From the NCBI GenBank assembly GCA_016204905.1, contig JACQJU010000051.1:1-24106 (forward strand): a stretch of 24,106 bases of DNA, written 5' to 3'. Below the pieces are notes generated by a model, which saw nothing but the letters and a program-made list of their open reading frames with translations, had not been told where the DNA came from and did no database searches. Made by a program: the position numbers and the translations under genes. Source of the stretch: Candidatus Gottesmanbacteria bacterium (GTDB lineage Bacteria > Patescibacteriota > Microgenomatia > 2-02-FULL-39-11). Position 1 is the first letter of the stretch; each line of letters starts with the position of its first letter. Of this stretch, positions 23,477 through 24,106 are shown piece by piece.

Positions 23477-23596
23477 CTAGTGCCTATTGCCTAGTGCCTA
23501 TTGCCTAAGGTATAATCTCAGCTTAGTTCACATATGCTAATTGCCTAATTGTCTAAGTATCTAATTAACTAATTGTCTAATTAACTAACTAACTCA
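23477..23596. repeat. Heptamer/CTAA repeat tracts around the rpmG promoter
   Basis: CTAGTGCCTATTGC x2 (23477-23504); CTAA-rich tract about 23537-23594. Confidence 0.8.
23487..23516 (+). promoter_or_regulatory. Putative rpmG promoter
   Basis: TTGCCT 23487-23492, 18 bp, TATAAT 23511-23516. Confidence 0.5.
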
Positions 23597-23597
23597 T

Positions 23598-23771
23598 ATG
23601 GCCAAAAAGGAACAGCGCATCAAATTAGCCCTTGTTTGCCAAGTCTGCAAACACCAAAACTATCTTACTACCAAAAACAAACTCGAGCATAAAGAGAAAA
23701 TAGTGCTTCGCAAATACTGCAAGCATTGTAGAAAAGTAACAGAACATAAAGAAACCGATAAGTTAGATTGA
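23598..23771 (+). CDS. rpmG: 50S ribosomal protein L33 (CxxC...CxxC form), 57 aa (not in ORF track)
   Basis: MAKKEQRIKLALVCQVCKHQNYLTTKNK...LRKYCKHCRKVTEHKE. Confidence 0.95.
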   Translation: MAKKEQRIKLALVCQVCKHQNYLTTKNKLEHKEKIVLRKYCKHCRKVTEHKETDKLD

Positions 23772-23773
23772 CA

Positions 23774-23806
23774 GTTAGTTCGTTAGTTGGTTACTTAGTT
23801 ACTTAG
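23774..23806 (+). repeat. Octamer repeat arm before the four-helix-bundle gene
   Basis: GTTAGTTC GTTAGTTG GTTACTTA GTTACTTA. Confidence 0.8.
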
Positions 23807-23813
23807 TAGGACA

Positions 23814-24106
23814 ATGTTTAAATTTGAAGAACTACGTGTCTACCAGAAGGCAATCAGGTTTTCCGAAACTATTTATTCTCTCACTAAAGATTGGCCGTCT
23901 CTGTACCGTTATAATTTAACTAATCAGCTTCAAAGAGCAGCCTTATCTATATCATTGAATATTGCTGAGGGGAGTAGTCGAGGTAAAAAAGATTTTCAAC
24001 ATTTTCTTTCGATTGCACGTGGTTCCTGTTATGAATGTATTCCTTTAATCACATTAGCTGAAAGGCTTAAGATTTTATCCCCGAAAAATAAAGAATTACT
24101 ATATAA
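23814..24106 (+). CDS. Four-helix-bundle protein (23S rRNA intervening-sequence protein / Avd-like family), 3'-truncated by the window end
   Basis: MFKFEELRVYQKA...QLQRAALSISLNIAEG...FLSIARGSCYEC. Confidence 0.92.
   Translation, partial: MFKFEELRVYQKAIRFSETIYSLTKDWPSLYRYNLTNQLQRAALSISLNIAEGSSRGKKDFQHFLSIARGSCYECIPLITLAERLKILSPKNKELLY

Noticed and set aside
23814-24106. Diversity-generating retroelement
   Set aside because: The Avd-like fold alone is insufficient; no reverse transcriptase or TR/VR pair with A-specific mismatches in the window
1-24106. Alternative genetic code 25 (UGA=Gly)
   Set aside because: TGA ends rpmG and the antitoxin at expected lengths and forms ATGA/GTGA overlaps

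Overview
An AT-rich bacterial chromosome segment using genetic code 11 (TGA is a stop in rpmG and the antitoxin). Gene content and style point to a CPR/Patescibacteria organism, probably Microgenomates-like; this is inference only. Housekeeping genes are rpmB (L28), rpmG (L33), tRNA-Thr(GGU), an M50 site-2 protease and a P2A-type cation ATPase. Accessory content is a Phd-VapC toxin-antitoxin pair, a TrpR/YerC-like and a PaaX/Cas2-like regulator, two islands of small orphan ORFs with strong Shine-Dalgarno sites, and many membrane-anchored surface proteins. The centrepiece is a six-gene minus-strand operon (14333 to 7883) with three cohesin-like and three dockerin-like proteins, one of them a subtilisin. 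The intergenic DNA is highly structured. Three single-gene units are bracketed by direct repeats with palindromic cores. A 20-bp perfect palindrome appears as a filled/empty site pair. Period-7/8 repeat arms occur throughout, and one arm class also precedes a four-helix-bundle gene cut by the window end. No CRISPR array, transposase, integrase or reverse transcriptase is visible. All family calls come from motif recognition by eye, not database searches.
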